Shown one piece after another: positions 30,336 through 39,486 of a stretch of 64,000 nt of DNA. The position numbers were made by a program, and so were the translations under genes. Each line of letters starts with the position of its first letter. Position 1 is the first letter of the stretch. Source of the stretch: Pedobacter sp. (GTDB taxonomy: Bacteria; Desulfobacterota; Desulfuromonadia; Desulfuromonadales; Syntrophotaleaceae); NCBI GenBank assembly GCA_050253415.1, contig JBFWJC010000002.1, positions 352,001 to 416,000 of the forward strand, written 5' to 3'. Below the pieces are notes generated by a model. The model was not told the origin of the DNA. It saw nothing but the letters and a program-made list of their open reading frames with translations, and did no database searches.

Positions 30336-30680
30336 ATGGTACACAAACCACGCCCCATATCTTCGGTGGGGTGTGTCATGTCATGCTGCGCTGCAACGGC
30401 AGTGAGGATATCTTCTTTTCCGACGCGGACTACAACCGTTTTTACCTGTTGTTGCAGGCTGGTGCAAGGCGATTCCGTTATCGCGTTCATGGTCTTCGCT
30501 GCATGACCAATCACCTTCACCTGGTTCTACAGGTGAGCGATATTCCCCTTTCCCAAAGTATGTAAAATCTTTCTTTTCGCTATTCCCAACCGATCAACCG
30601 TTGTCGCAATCGTCGTGGGCATATTTTTCAGGGCCGTTTCAAAGTGTTGCTGGTGGATGCCGACAACTATCTGTTAGATG
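30336..30680 (+). pseudogene. degenerate REP-associated tyrosine transposase (RAYT / Y1 HUH family)
   Basis: MVHKPR, frameshift, CHVMLRCN..DIFFSDAD, CMTNHLHL (HUH), in-frame TAA at 30563-30565, then NLSFRY..INR..RRGHIFQGRFKVLLVDADNYLL; truncated before the catalytic Tyr region. Confidence 0.85.
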
Positions 30681-30787
30681 ATCTTCCCTCAATTCCAGTG
30701 TAAATTTGGAGGACTGCCCCGCATTTGTACTCTTGAGAGGTTGAAGTATTAATAGCGAGAAAATATTAATTGTGGTGTAATGAAAAA

Positions 30788-30803
30788 TGTCATATATATG
30801 ACA
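30788..30803. promoter_or_regulatory. palindromic operator-like box upstream of the second pilin gene
   Basis: perfect palindrome TGTCA-TATATA-TGACA. Confidence 0.5.
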
Positions 30804-30836
30804 GACACAAAAAACTTCCGATCTTGAGGCAAAACA

Positions 30837-31262
30837 ATGCGGAATCAAACTGGGTTTACCCTGATCGAGGTGGTGACGGTGATAGTGGTCTTGGGTATTA
30901 TGGCTGCGGTGGCCGTGCCGAGGTTTGTCGATATGCGGGAAGAGGCGCTCGAAGCTTCAAAAGCAGCTATGAGTGGTGTGGTCAAGTCGGCCCATGCTTT
31001 GCTCGTGGCCAGAAATGCAGTCAATGGCGAGTCTTCGGTGTGGCCGTCGGTCGAGGAATTGGCCTCTGGGATCGTTGGGGAAAAGATTTCTGCCAAGGAC
31101 GATGGGGTAGAAGTGTTCATCGATGGAGTTGCCTACGTTGTGCCGACCTATTCGGACAGTGATTGCACCCAAAGAACGAAGGACAAGGTAAAGAAAGTTA
31201 AGGACAAAGATAAAAAAGAAAAAGCTGGTGATGAGGTCCAGTGTGTAGGTTCCATCCCCTGA
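30837..31262 (+). CDS. type IV prepilin (MshA/MshB-like)
   Basis: QTG|FTLIEVVTVIVVLGIMAAVAVPRF; C-terminal Cys pair. Confidence 0.85.
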   Translation: MRNQTGFTLIEVVTVIVVLGIMAAVAVPRFVDMREEALEASKAAMSGVVKSAHALLVARNAVNGESSVWPSVEELASGIVGEKISAKDDGVEVFIDGVAYVVPTYSDSDCTQRTKDKVKKVKDKDKKEKAGDEVQCVGSIP

Positions 31263-31564
31263 AACATATTTCAAGCCCCGCTCTTTCCCCATTTTACATG
31301 GATCACCAAGCACGTTTTGACGTTCCCTCGATTTTATCCTCCCCCCCCCAGTGAGTCACTACCAGTCCTCCCATTGATTTGACCGGCATGGCTCCTTTAA
31401 TACTTTTCTCTTCTCACAAATAAGGTGAATTTTAATAAACGGTTGCAACCGAAGGGGGAAATATTCCATACTGTGAACCGAATTTGACACTGGAACAGGG
31501 GCGGATTTCCATCATGAATTCCGTGGCTTGATTCCTGTTTTTCCCATCAATAAGAAGCCTTCTC

Positions 31565-32032
31565 ATGACACTTACCGTTGTCCTGAAACGATGCGGTTTT
31601 ACCCTGATCGAGTTAGTCGTCACCATGGTGCTGATCGGCATTTTGGCTGCAGTGGCCCTGCCGCGTTTTTTCGATGCCACGGCGTTTCATAGCCGTGGTT
31701 TTTACGATGAGGTGATTCAGGCGGCGCGTTATGGACAAAAACTTGCGGTGGCGAGCGGTTGCGATGTGGCGTTGAGCATCAGCGGCGGCAGTTTCGCCTT
31801 GTATCAGCGGGCCGACAGTTGCACGAGCGGTGCTTTCACCCGGGCGGTACTCAGGCCAGCGGGCAGCGATGCGTTCTCGGCTATGGCGCCATCCGGAGTA
31901 TCTCTGTCGGCGACGGCGTCTTCAATTGTTTTTGATTCGTTGGGGCGGGCGACCCCCGGTGGCGTCACGGTGTCGGTTGATGAACGCAGCTTTACCATTG
32001 TCGGCGAGAGCGGTTACGTGGATGGTTTATGA
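31565..32032 (+). CDS. mshC: minor pilin MshC
   Basis: G|FTLIELV, ALPRF, ARYGQKLA, FDSLGR, ESGYV. Confidence 0.8.
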   Translation: MTLTVVLKRCGFTLIELVVTMVLIGILAAVALPRFFDATAFHSRGFYDEVIQAARYGQKLAVASGCDVALSISGGSFALYQRADSCTSGAFTRAVLRPAGSDAFSAMAPSGVSLSATASSIVFDSLGRATPGGVTVSVDERSFTIVGESGYVDGL

Positions 32033-32493
32033 GCAGGGTTAACGGCAGCGGGAATAGTCGGGGTTTTACCCTGATCGAACTGGTGATCTCCATGGTGGTG
32101 GTCTCCATCGCCCTGGGCGGAGTGCTGATGGTGATGAATTATACTGTGCAGCACAGTGCCGATCCCATGTTGCAACACCAGGCAGTGGCCATTGCCGAGG
32201 CCTATCTTGAGGAAGCGATGCTACGCTCGTTTGCGGATCCGGATGGGATAGATGGTGAAACGGCCCGCGATTTACTGGACGATGTGGACGACTATGACGG
32301 TCTGAGCAATGTCGGTGCCCGCGATCAGGAAGGCACGGCGATTGCCGGTCTTGAGGCTTATACTATTTCTGTGGCTGTGGCCAATGCGGCTTTTAACGGA
32401 ATCTCGGCCGCCGATTGCAAAAAAGTGACGGTGACGGTTACTCATCCCAGTGGGATTAACATAACGCTGAGCGGTCATCGCACCAATTATTGA
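32029..32493 (+). CDS. mshD: minor pilin MshD
   Basis: G|FTLIELVI, SADP, AEAYLEE, DDVDDYDG, C-terminal RTNY. Confidence 0.85.
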   Translation: MSRVNGSGNSRGFTLIELVISMVVVSIALGGVLMVMNYTVQHSADPMLQHQAVAIAEAYLEEAMLRSFADPDGIDGETARDLLDDVDDYDGLSNVGARDQEGTAIAGLEAYTISVAVANAAFNGISAADCKKVTVTVTHPSGINITLSGHRTNY

Positions 32494-32517
32494 TGGCCTT
32501 TGAAATAAGGCGATATC

Positions 32518-32754
32518 ACCGCGGAGTACGCTGAGTTCGCTGAGAAAAACCCCTTTACATCGTGTAATAACAGGGATGTACAGGATACACAGGATGACAA
32601 CCAAGAACTATGTTCTTAAGACTTTATCCTGAACATCCTGATTATCCCTGTTGGATTAGGTGGTAAGGATTTATGGTTTTTTTCCAAAGATTTCTATTTT
32701 TGATAATTGTTTGGGTGTTAGGAACTTTTCCGCGCCCTCTGCGAGCTCAGCGGT
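32518..32754. mobile_element. nested palindromic element A (outer CGCTGAG-type arms, inner CAGGAT-type arms)
   Basis: outer arms 32518-32548 and 32726-32754; inner arms 32569-32597 and 32625-32652; each arm is three 9-nt units. Confidence 0.75.
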
Positions 32755-32795
32755 AAAAAAACAGTTTCTACTTTCCATTTTATACTGAGGTCCCG

Positions 32796-33602
32796 ATGCA
32801 GCAGCTTTTTGCCCGCCATGATTCCGAACACGGCTTCACCCTGGTGGAGATGATCGTGGTGATGGTGATCATCGGAATTCTGGCGAGTCTGGGGGGGCTG
32901 TTCATTGCGCGCCCCATCGAGGGTTTTCTCGATCTGTCACGGCGCGCGACCCTGGTCGATGCCGCAGAAAGCTCTTTGCGCCGCATGCAGCGCGATGTAC
33001 GCCAGGCACTGCCCAACAGTGTGCGTATCGGCTGCGGGGATCAGTGTCTTGAAGTTTTGCACACGGTTGACGGTGGTCGCTATCGGGCCTATGGTCCCGG
33101 CAATGTCCTTGATTTCATCCAGTCGGACGCCGACGGATTCGACGTGCTCGGTACCTTATCCGCCACTCCAAGCGTCGGCGATGACCTGGTGATTTACAAC
33201 CTGGCTGCTGGCGGAGTAAGCGGCAATGCCTATCTGGGTGACAACCGTCGGTCGGTGGCGTCAGGCAGCAGCGAAACGCACATCAATTTTACTCCTCAGG
33301 ATCGTTTCCCTCGTTCCTCCCCCTATCAGCGGTTTTTTCTTGTGGATGAAGCGGTCAGTTACGTGTGCGACCCGGTTGCCGGCACATTGACCCGTTATGC
33401 CGGGTATGCCATTTCCACCTCGCAATCGGTCGCTCCAGGCGGCAGTGCCGCCATCATGACCCGGCATCTGAATGCCTGTTCCTTCGTTTATCATCCCGGT
33501 ACACCGGAGCGGGCCGGATTGGTCACCATGCGATTGCAGCTCGCCGAAGAGGGCGAATCCGTCACACTTATGCAGCAGGTACACGTGGAGAACGCGCCAT
33601 GA
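32796..33602 (+). CDS. mshO: minor pilin MshO
   Basis: G|FTLVEMIV, RDVRQALPNSVR, SPYQRFF, C-terminal VHVENAP. Confidence 0.88.
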   Translation: MQQLFARHDSEHGFTLVEMIVVMVIIGILASLGGLFIARPIEGFLDLSRRATLVDAAESSLRRMQRDVRQALPNSVRIGCGDQCLEVLHTVDGGRYRAYGPGNVLDFIQSDADGFDVLGTLSATPSVGDDLVIYNLAAGGVSGNAYLGDNRRSVASGSSETHINFTPQDRFPRSSPYQRFFLVDEAVSYVCDPVAGTLTRYAGYAISTSQSVAPGGSAAIMTRHLNACSFVYHPGTPERAGLVTMRLQLAEEGESVTLMQQVHVENAP

Positions 33603-34003
33603 TCGATAGGGGCCTGCTCGGTTCGCAAAAAGGGTTTTCCATCGTGACCGCCCTGTTCATCCTGCTGGTGCTGGCGGTGCTGGGTGGCTTCATGGTAACC
33701 ATGAGTGGCGTGCAGAGTCGTACCTCCCTGTGGGCGTTGCAGGGGGCGCGGGCCTATCACGCAGCCCGCAGCGGGCTGGAGTGGGGTGTTTTTCAGGATC
33801 TCTCCGCCGGTGCCTGCGTGTCTGATACCTTTACCGTTGATGGTTTTACCGTGAGCGTGACCTGCAGCGAGGAGTCGTTTACCGAGGGCGGACAGAATTA
33901 CAAGGTCTATAGCTTGACCTCCTTGGCGCAAACCGGAATTTATGGCAGCAACGATTATATCTCAAGGCAGTTGCGGGCCAGGATTACGGGAGCTACGCCA
34001 TGA
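33599..34003 (+). CDS. mshP: minor pilin MshP (PilX/GspK-like, no Glu5)
   Basis: QKG|FSIVTALFILLVL, GARAYHAARSGLEWG. Confidence 0.85.
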   Translation: MIDRGLLGSQKGFSIVTALFILLVLAVLGGFMVTMSGVQSRTSLWALQGARAYHAARSGLEWGVFQDLSAGACVSDTFTVDGFTVSVTCSEESFTEGGQNYKVYSLTSLAQTGIYGSNDYISRQLRARITGATP

Positions 34004-37000
34004 TAGATAATAGTTTTTCAAAAGATGCAAGGTGGGTCCCAACTCTACTGGCGCTGGCAGTCATGTTCCTTGTTATCGGATCAGGTATTTCCCCGCCTTG
34101 TGTTTATGCCGCTGGCTGCTCCCCCCATATCGGGGATATGACCATCAATGAGGTTTATGAACTGGGCAGTGAGTCGTGGGTGGAGGTGCGCCTTCTGGAT
34201 ACCTCGTTGTCTTCGACTGTTTATAATCAGTGGTACATCCAGGTGTGTGCGAAAGGGGGATCCTGCGGTACCTATTCCATTTCCAGTGGGGAGGTTTTAT
34301 TGCCGGATAGTTATCCATCCTGGATCACGCTGGATGTAAGCTCGCAGGATGTCAATCTCCAGTCCAATGGCGGTATGGAGGTTCTTCTGTTTGATGAAAA
34401 CGGTGATGTGATCGATTATCTGTCGGTCAATAACCTTTATTCGCAACAGCCGGATTGCTCAAGTTTTCTGTATCCCACCGCGACTGGCAAACTCTTGTCC
34501 AGCCTGAAAGGCATTTACCGTTCCCCCGACGGAACCGGCGATTGGGAGGAGCTTGGTTCGCCAGGTGCTACGGGGGAACCCACAACCGGTTATGATAACG
34601 ACACACAAGATGCCTTCCCTGTTGTTCCCGTTGCCGAATGGCGTTTTGACGAGTGTGGGTATGACGGCACTTTGGCAATGGACAGTCAGGGATCCCATGA
34701 TGCTGTCGCTTATAATGCAGTAACCAGCGAAGCGGACGCTGTGGTGGGCCGGTCTGCGGTTTTAAGCTCTTCGAATCAAAAGTTTATCGCCAACAGCGAT
34801 GTGCCGATGACATCTCTGTGGACCGTCAGTGTCTGGTTCCAATGGCCGTATTCGACCAGCGAGGGTTCGCGCTATCATATTCTGGGGGCGATGGCCGGCG
34901 GCGGCGATATCATGTGGATAGATGACCATACTGACCGGTGGGGCATCTGGGATGGAAAGACATCTTACGATGGAACTTATCAGTTCTCTTCATTGTCCGA
35001 AGGCTGGCACCATATGGTTGTGGTGGGTACCAGGGAGTGGATTGGAGGGAAATGGTGGGGGTATTGGGTCGAACGTAGCGACCTTTACATCGATGGGAGC
35101 CGAGTTGATTCAATTAATGCCAGAAGTAATGGTAATTTGCATTATATCGGTACTTCGTATGATACCTATCTCGGAAACCAGGGGTTCCGCGCGTCGCTGG
35201 ATGAATTTCTGGTTTTTGATGAGGCTTTGGAGAGTGATGAAATTCGGGATCTCTATGATCTGCAAGTAGCTGGTCGCAACCTGGACGGGACTTATCGGTC
35301 GGATATCCTATGTGGGGCAGGCATCGATCATTTCGAGATCGTGCATGACGGCTCGGCTTTGACCTGTGCTCCGGAAACAGTGACGGTGCGGGCCTGTGCC
35401 GATGACGCTGATCCCTGCACCCTGTATACCGATGATGTGCAGATTACTTTGTCGCCTTCCGTTTGGATCAATGGAAATAGTCAAACCCTTGTCAACGGTA
35501 GCGATACTTTTCGCTTGCGGCATACCACCGCGGAGACCGTGACCCTCTCCGTTGTCGGGAATCCGGCCGCGGATCAGCCTGTGCAGTGTGTGGATGGCAG
35601 TAGCGGGGATTCCTGTAGCATGGTGTTCCATGAATCCGGATTTTTGTTCGATGTGCCCGATATGCAAGCCTGCACCGATAAGGAAAGCATCACCTTTTCC
35701 GCTGTTCGCGCCGATGCCACGGCTGAACATTGTATCGGTGACGACAGTTTTGCGGATACGACCCGCAATGTGGCTTTCTGGTCCACTTACCAGGAGCCGG
35801 ATACGGGGACCCTGGCTTTGGTGGTAAACGATACGGTGATCGGCGGGGCGGATCCCGGCACCGGGGTGTCTTTGACTTTCGATTCGGCAGCCAACAGTAC
35901 GGTCAAGGTCCGATACTCTGATGCGGGACGGTTGCTGTTGTCTGCCCGCTTTTCCGGCAGTGGCGAGGAAGCCGGTCTGGTGATGGAGGGTAGTGACAGT
36001 TTTGTTGTGGCGCCAGATCATCTGCGGGTGCGTGCCAGCACCGATGGGACAACCTTGTTGGATAATACCACCTCTACGGGTGATCCGTTTTGGCCGGCGG
36101 GAGGGGCTTTTGAAGTCGAGGTCGCCGGAGTATGCGCCGATGGTACGGTGACTCCAAACTTTGCTGCGTCGACCATTATTGCTGCCACGGCGGGAAATCC
36201 TGCGGCCGGGACTTTCACCGGTGGGCCGTTTGCCGCAGGCGATTACATCGATGGGGTCGTTAGTGATAGCGCCACCTACAGTGAGGTCGGTACCGTTACC
36301 CTGCAAGCGGAAGCAGCCAACTATCTCGGCAGTGACATCGATGTGAGCGGCAGTGTGACCATCGGTCGTTTTACACCGCATCACTTCAGCACCTCTGTTA
36401 ACAGCCCCTCGTTTGCCACGGGTTGCAGTGCCGGTGGGTTTACCTATGTCGGACAGGCTTTTAATTATGCCGATGTCCCGGTAATTACGGTCACCGCCAA
36501 AAATAAACAGGGAGACACGACGGCCAACTATACCGGCGAATGGTGGAAGATTACCGGTGCTACCCTTACGGGGAAAAACTACAGCGCTGCGGAAGGTTCC
36601 CTCGATGTCTCCGGCATCCCGACCTCGGATCCGGTGGTCTCAGATATCGGTGGTGGTTTGGGTCTGCTGACTTTTGACTCCGGCAGTGGCCTGAGCTTTG
36701 TACGCAGTGATCCGGTGGCGCCTTTCGATGCGGATATTAGTTTGGCCATTAATATATTCGATGCGGATGGCATAGCTGCCGATGCCAACCCGGTATCCTT
36801 CGGTGAGGCGACTGCCGGAAATGGTATCGCCTTCGATGCCGGCAAGGACATGCGCTGGGGGCGCCTTGTTATGAAAAATGCTTACGGCTCGGAGTTGCTG
36901 GCCCTGTCCATGCCTCTGCGCACCGAGTATTTTGACGGCACCGTTTTTGTGCAGAATCTGCAGGATGCTTGTACGGCGTTGGCACTTACTGACCTGGTGT

Positions 37001-37293
37001 TGAACAACGGCACAACAATTGTCCCCGGCGATCAACCCATCGCCGTCGGTAGCGGAAGCAGTCAGGCCACCCTGGGCAATATCCCCATGCTGACCGGCGA
37101 TGCAGGTCTGATTTTCAGTGCTCCCGGCTCTGACGGTTATGTTCAGATGCGGGTCGATCTGTCGCTGCTGCCCTGGTTGCATTACGATTGGGACGGGGAT
37201 GGCAGTCACGATGACGATCCGACTGCGCGTGCCAGCTTCGGTCTGTACAAGGGACGGCCCGGGATGATCTATATGCGGGAGAGCTTCCGCTAA
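34000..37293 (+). CDS. mshQ: MshQ-like tip adhesin (LamG-like domain + DUF6701-type C-terminus)
   Basis: signal peptide, WHHMVVV/LYIDG/LDEF LamG-like motifs, GRFTPHHF, RWGRL..NAYGSE, LPWLHYDW, ASFGLY..IYMRE. Confidence 0.85.
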   Translation: MIDNSFSKDARWVPTLLALAVMFLVIGSGISPPCVYAAGCSPHIGDMTINEVYELGSESWVEVRLLDTSLSSTVYNQWYIQVCAKGGSCGTYSISSGEVLLPDSYPSWITLDVSSQDVNLQSNGGMEVLLFDENGDVIDYLSVNNLYSQQPDCSSFLYPTATGKLLSSLKGIYRSPDGTGDWEELGSPGATGEPTTGYDNDTQDAFPVVPVAEWRFDECGYDGTLAMDSQGSHDAVAYNAVTSEADAVVGRSAVLSSSNQKFIANSDVPMTSLWTVSVWFQWPYSTSEGSRYHILGAMAGGGDIMWIDDHTDRWGIWDGKTSYDGTYQFSSLSEGWHHMVVVGTREWIGGKWWGYWVERSDLYIDGSRVDSINARSNGNLHYIGTSYDTYLGNQGFRASLDEFLVFDEALESDEIRDLYDLQVAGRNLDGTYRSDILCGAGIDHFEIVHDGSALTCAPETVTVRACADDADPCTLYTDDVQITLSPSVWINGNSQTLVNGSDTFRLRHTTAETVTLSVVGNPAADQPVQCVDGSSGDSCSMVFHESGFLFDVPDMQACTDKESITFSAVRADATAEHCIGDDSFADTTRNVAFWSTYQEPDTGTLALVVNDTVIGGADPGTGVSLTFDSAANSTVKVRYSDAGRLLLSARFSGSGEEAGLVMEGSDSFVVAPDHLRVRASTDGTTLLDNTTSTGDPFWPAGGAFEVEVAGVCADGTVTPNFAASTIIAATAGNPAAGTFTGGPFAAGDYIDGVVSDSATYSEVGTVTLQAEAANYLGSDIDVSGSVTIGRFTPHHFSTSVNSPSFATGCSAGGFTYVGQAFNYADVPVITVTAKNKQGDTTANYTGEWWKITGATLTGKNYSAAEGSLDVSGIPTSDPVVSDIGGGLGLLTFDSGSGLSFVRSDPVAPFDADISLAINIFDADGIAADANPVSFGEATAGNGIAFDAGKDMRWGRLVMKNAYGSELLALSMPLRTEYFDGTVFVQNLQDACTALALTDLVLNNGTTIVPGDQPIAVGSGSSQATLGNIPMLTGDAGLIFSAPGSDGYVQMRVDLSLLPWLHYDWDGDGSHDDDPTARASFGLYKGRPGMIYMRESFR

Positions 37294-37417
37294 ACCGAGC
37301 GCATAAATTGGTTAGACTTGCCTCGGGTTCAAAGGGTGTGGAGGTAGATCGAAAATCAAAAACAGACTATGGTCTCGTCCACTCCTTTCAGGCACCAAGG
37401 ACGGCATGCAATGTTTT

Positions 37418-37463
37418 CTTGGCGTCTTTGCGGTTTTAGTGAGCAAAGCGAACGAGCGTGAGA
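37418..37463. repeat. orphan arm of a 9-nt-period repeat element
   Basis: cttggcgtc-tttgcggtt-ttagtgagc-aaagcgaacgagcgtgaga; no partner arm seen nearby. Confidence 0.45.
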
Positions 37464-37662
37464 TGCTTTCTGTGGACTCTGATTGAGTATATTCCAAAGG
37501 TATAATGCCCTGTAGATTTCGCGGCAATTGCTGTTCCCTCCAGAAAATACAGGTGTCTTACATTGAAGGCGGACTTGACCAAGGGCCATGATTCGTCTTT
37601 ACTTGAGAAAAACTTTGCAACTTTCAATACATGACAAACCAACGGGAAAGGATCCCCTTATC

Positions 37663-38475
37663 ATGACAGCACTGGGCAATATCGGTTTTATCGGTGGCGG
37701 CAATATGGGCGAGGCTCTTATCAAGGGATTGATCAAATCCGCGGTTCCGGCACACAACATTCGGGTGGCGGAGCCTAATGAGTCGCGCGCCCGGCAGTTG
37801 ACGGAGCGTTACGGCGTCAATTGCAGCAGCGATGCCGCCGAGGTGGTGCAGCACAGCAACCTGATCGTGTTGGCGATCAAGCCACAAGTCGTACCAGCCG
37901 CCATGCCGGGCATCGCCGCGGCGTTCAGCGATGCCAAGTTGCTGGTATCGATCGCGGCCGGTGTGACCAGCCGCTCCCTTGAGGAGTATTTTGATGGTGC
38001 GCCTCGCGTGGTGCGCGTCATGCCCAATACCCCGGCATTGGCCGGCGCGGGCGCTACCGCTTTGTGTGCCGGTCTTCACGCCACCAAGGAGGATCTGGCC
38101 ACTGCCATCCACCTGTTTGAGGGCGTAGGGACGGTTCATGTGGTCAGCGAAACCCAGATGGACGCCGTCACCGGTCTGTCCGGCAGCGGCCCGGCCTACG
38201 TTTATATGGTGATCGAGGCGATGGCTGCCGGTGGTGTTCTGGAAGGTTTGCCCATGGATACGGCATTGGCCCTGGCGACCCAGACGGTTTTTGGCACGGC
38301 GCAGCTGGTGAAGGAAAGCGGCGAGCATCCGGCAGTGCTGCGCGACAAAGTCTGTTCACCCGGTGGCACCACGATCGCGGCGGTCAAGGAGCTGGAAGAG
38401 AAGGGGCTGCGCGCGGCGCTTATCAAAGGTGTCTCTAAGGCGGCGAAGCGTTCCCGGGAGCTTGGCAAGGGGTAG
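37663..38475 (+). CDS. proC: pyrroline-5-carboxylate reductase
   Basis: IGFIGGGNMG, LAIKPQ, RVMPNTP, GLSGSGPAY, VCSPGGTT. Confidence 0.97.
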   Translation: MTALGNIGFIGGGNMGEALIKGLIKSAVPAHNIRVAEPNESRARQLTERYGVNCSSDAAEVVQHSNLIVLAIKPQVVPAAMPGIAAAFSDAKLLVSIAAGVTSRSLEEYFDGAPRVVRVMPNTPALAGAGATALCAGLHATKEDLATAIHLFEGVGTVHVVSETQMDAVTGLSGSGPAYVYMVIEAMAAGGVLEGLPMDTALALATQTVFGTAQLVKESGEHPAVLRDKVCSPGGTTIAAVKELEEKGLRAALIKGVSKAAKRSRELGKG

Positions 38476-38656
38476 TTTCTGCCCGGAAAAGGTGCTTTTT
38501 CACCCTGGCGGCGTCAATCTCGGGTTTGCTTGTGCGGCGTACTGATGTACGCCTCCGCGCAAAGCCTTGATTTCCTTGCCAGGATAAAAAATCCCCGCTT
38601 TCCGAATCAGAAACTATTCGGTTTCTATCCGACCGGAGTGGTTTCACGGGTTGCTA
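38473..38656. mobile_element. long imperfect hairpin element (MITE/REP-like)
   Basis: tagtttctg/cagaaacta, cggaaa/tttccg, cctggc/gccagg, tttgc/gcaaa and ggcgtac-tgat-gtacgcc all pair (38473-38616); a 40-nt tail ends in CTA. Confidence 0.6.
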
Positions 38657-38659
38657 CGA

Positions 38660-38700
38660 AACAAAGAAAGGCCGATCGTGCGATCGGCCTTTTCTTTGTT
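38660..38700. terminator. bidirectional intrinsic terminator
   Basis: aacaaagaaaggccgatcg-tg-cgatcggccttttctttgtt between convergent genes. Confidence 0.85.
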
Positions 38701-38724
38701 CACAATAGCGCTGCCAAGGTGGCC

Positions 38725-39105
38725 TTAGAAGGTCATGGCCAGGTCGATGGCGATGGCGACCACCGACAGGACAAAAATGATCAGGTAGTTCAGGCCTTCC
38801 TTGCTGACGGTCAGGGATGACAGGATGTAGCGGATGGCTTCGCGATCTTCATCGCCGAGCGTGCCGGCTTTGAGTTTGGGCAGAAGCTCCATGCCGATGA
38901 TGGTGCGGCGGCGCTTAAGGGTAATGCGGTAACGATAAAGGAAAAACATGCAGTAGCCGATGACACCGACATACCAGATGGGGCGAAACAAAGCGGGCCA
39001 CAGGCTGTTGGCCATGGGCAGAACCCGAAAACACAGAGATGACAAAAGGCCGGTCAGAAAGAATCCGTAAATGACGTAGGGTGGTACTTCCTTGGGTGGG
39101 GTCAT
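38725..39105 (-). CDS. hypothetical membrane protein (3 TM)
   Basis: hydrophobic ORF; start placed at MTPPKEVP. Confidence 0.7.
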   Translation of the reverse strand: MTPPKEVPPYVIYGFFLTGLLSSLCFRVLPMANSLWPALFRPIWYVGVIGYCMFFLYRYRITLKRRRTIIGMELLPKLKAGTLGDEDREAIRYILSSLTVSKEGLNYLIIFVLSVVAIAIDLAMTF

Positions 39106-39201
39106 AGTGGTTAACTCAAGTTGTTTGACGTAAGATGAAAAACCGTGACCTTTTAGGCCACGGATACGATATGCCAAAGGCCGTTCCCGGGGGAAACGGC
39201 C

Positions 39202-39414
39202 TTATTTTTTACACCGGCAAGAAGTACAGGCCGAAGCTTCCCGTTCTTTTTTCTCCGCATATTCGCGGTTTACTTTTTCGTAAAGCTCGATCTGCTCGGC
39301 CATGGAGAGTTTCTTTTTGCTCGACCTGCCGTGGCCAAGACAGGCGGCACAGCGTATATCGGAACACCATTGGCAGAATTTGCAGTCGGGACAGGGGTGT
39401 TTTTTTTCTTCCAT
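39202..39414 (-). CDS. small Cys-rich protein (70 aa)
   Basis: GAGGTGA RBS; CPDCKFCQWCSDIRCAAC and CTSCRC motifs. Confidence 0.7.
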   Translation of the reverse strand: MEEKKHPCPDCKFCQWCSDIRCAACLGHGRSSKKKLSMAEQIELYEKVNREYAEKKEREASACTSCRCKK

Positions 39415-39486
39415 AACTCTTCACCTCGATGTTTCATTGTAGGACCAGGCCTGAGACGTGGCAAGGTCTTTTTTGCTTTGTCTTCT

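Noticed and set aside
30081..30351. ORFs with GKRGKGEK / FPLFPFSP repeats
   Set aside because: These are translations of the octamer tract; only the RAYT-like portion after about 30336 is gene-derived
31341..31349. C9 homopolymer as a phase-variation switch
   Set aside because: Intergenic and not placed between recognisable promoter elements
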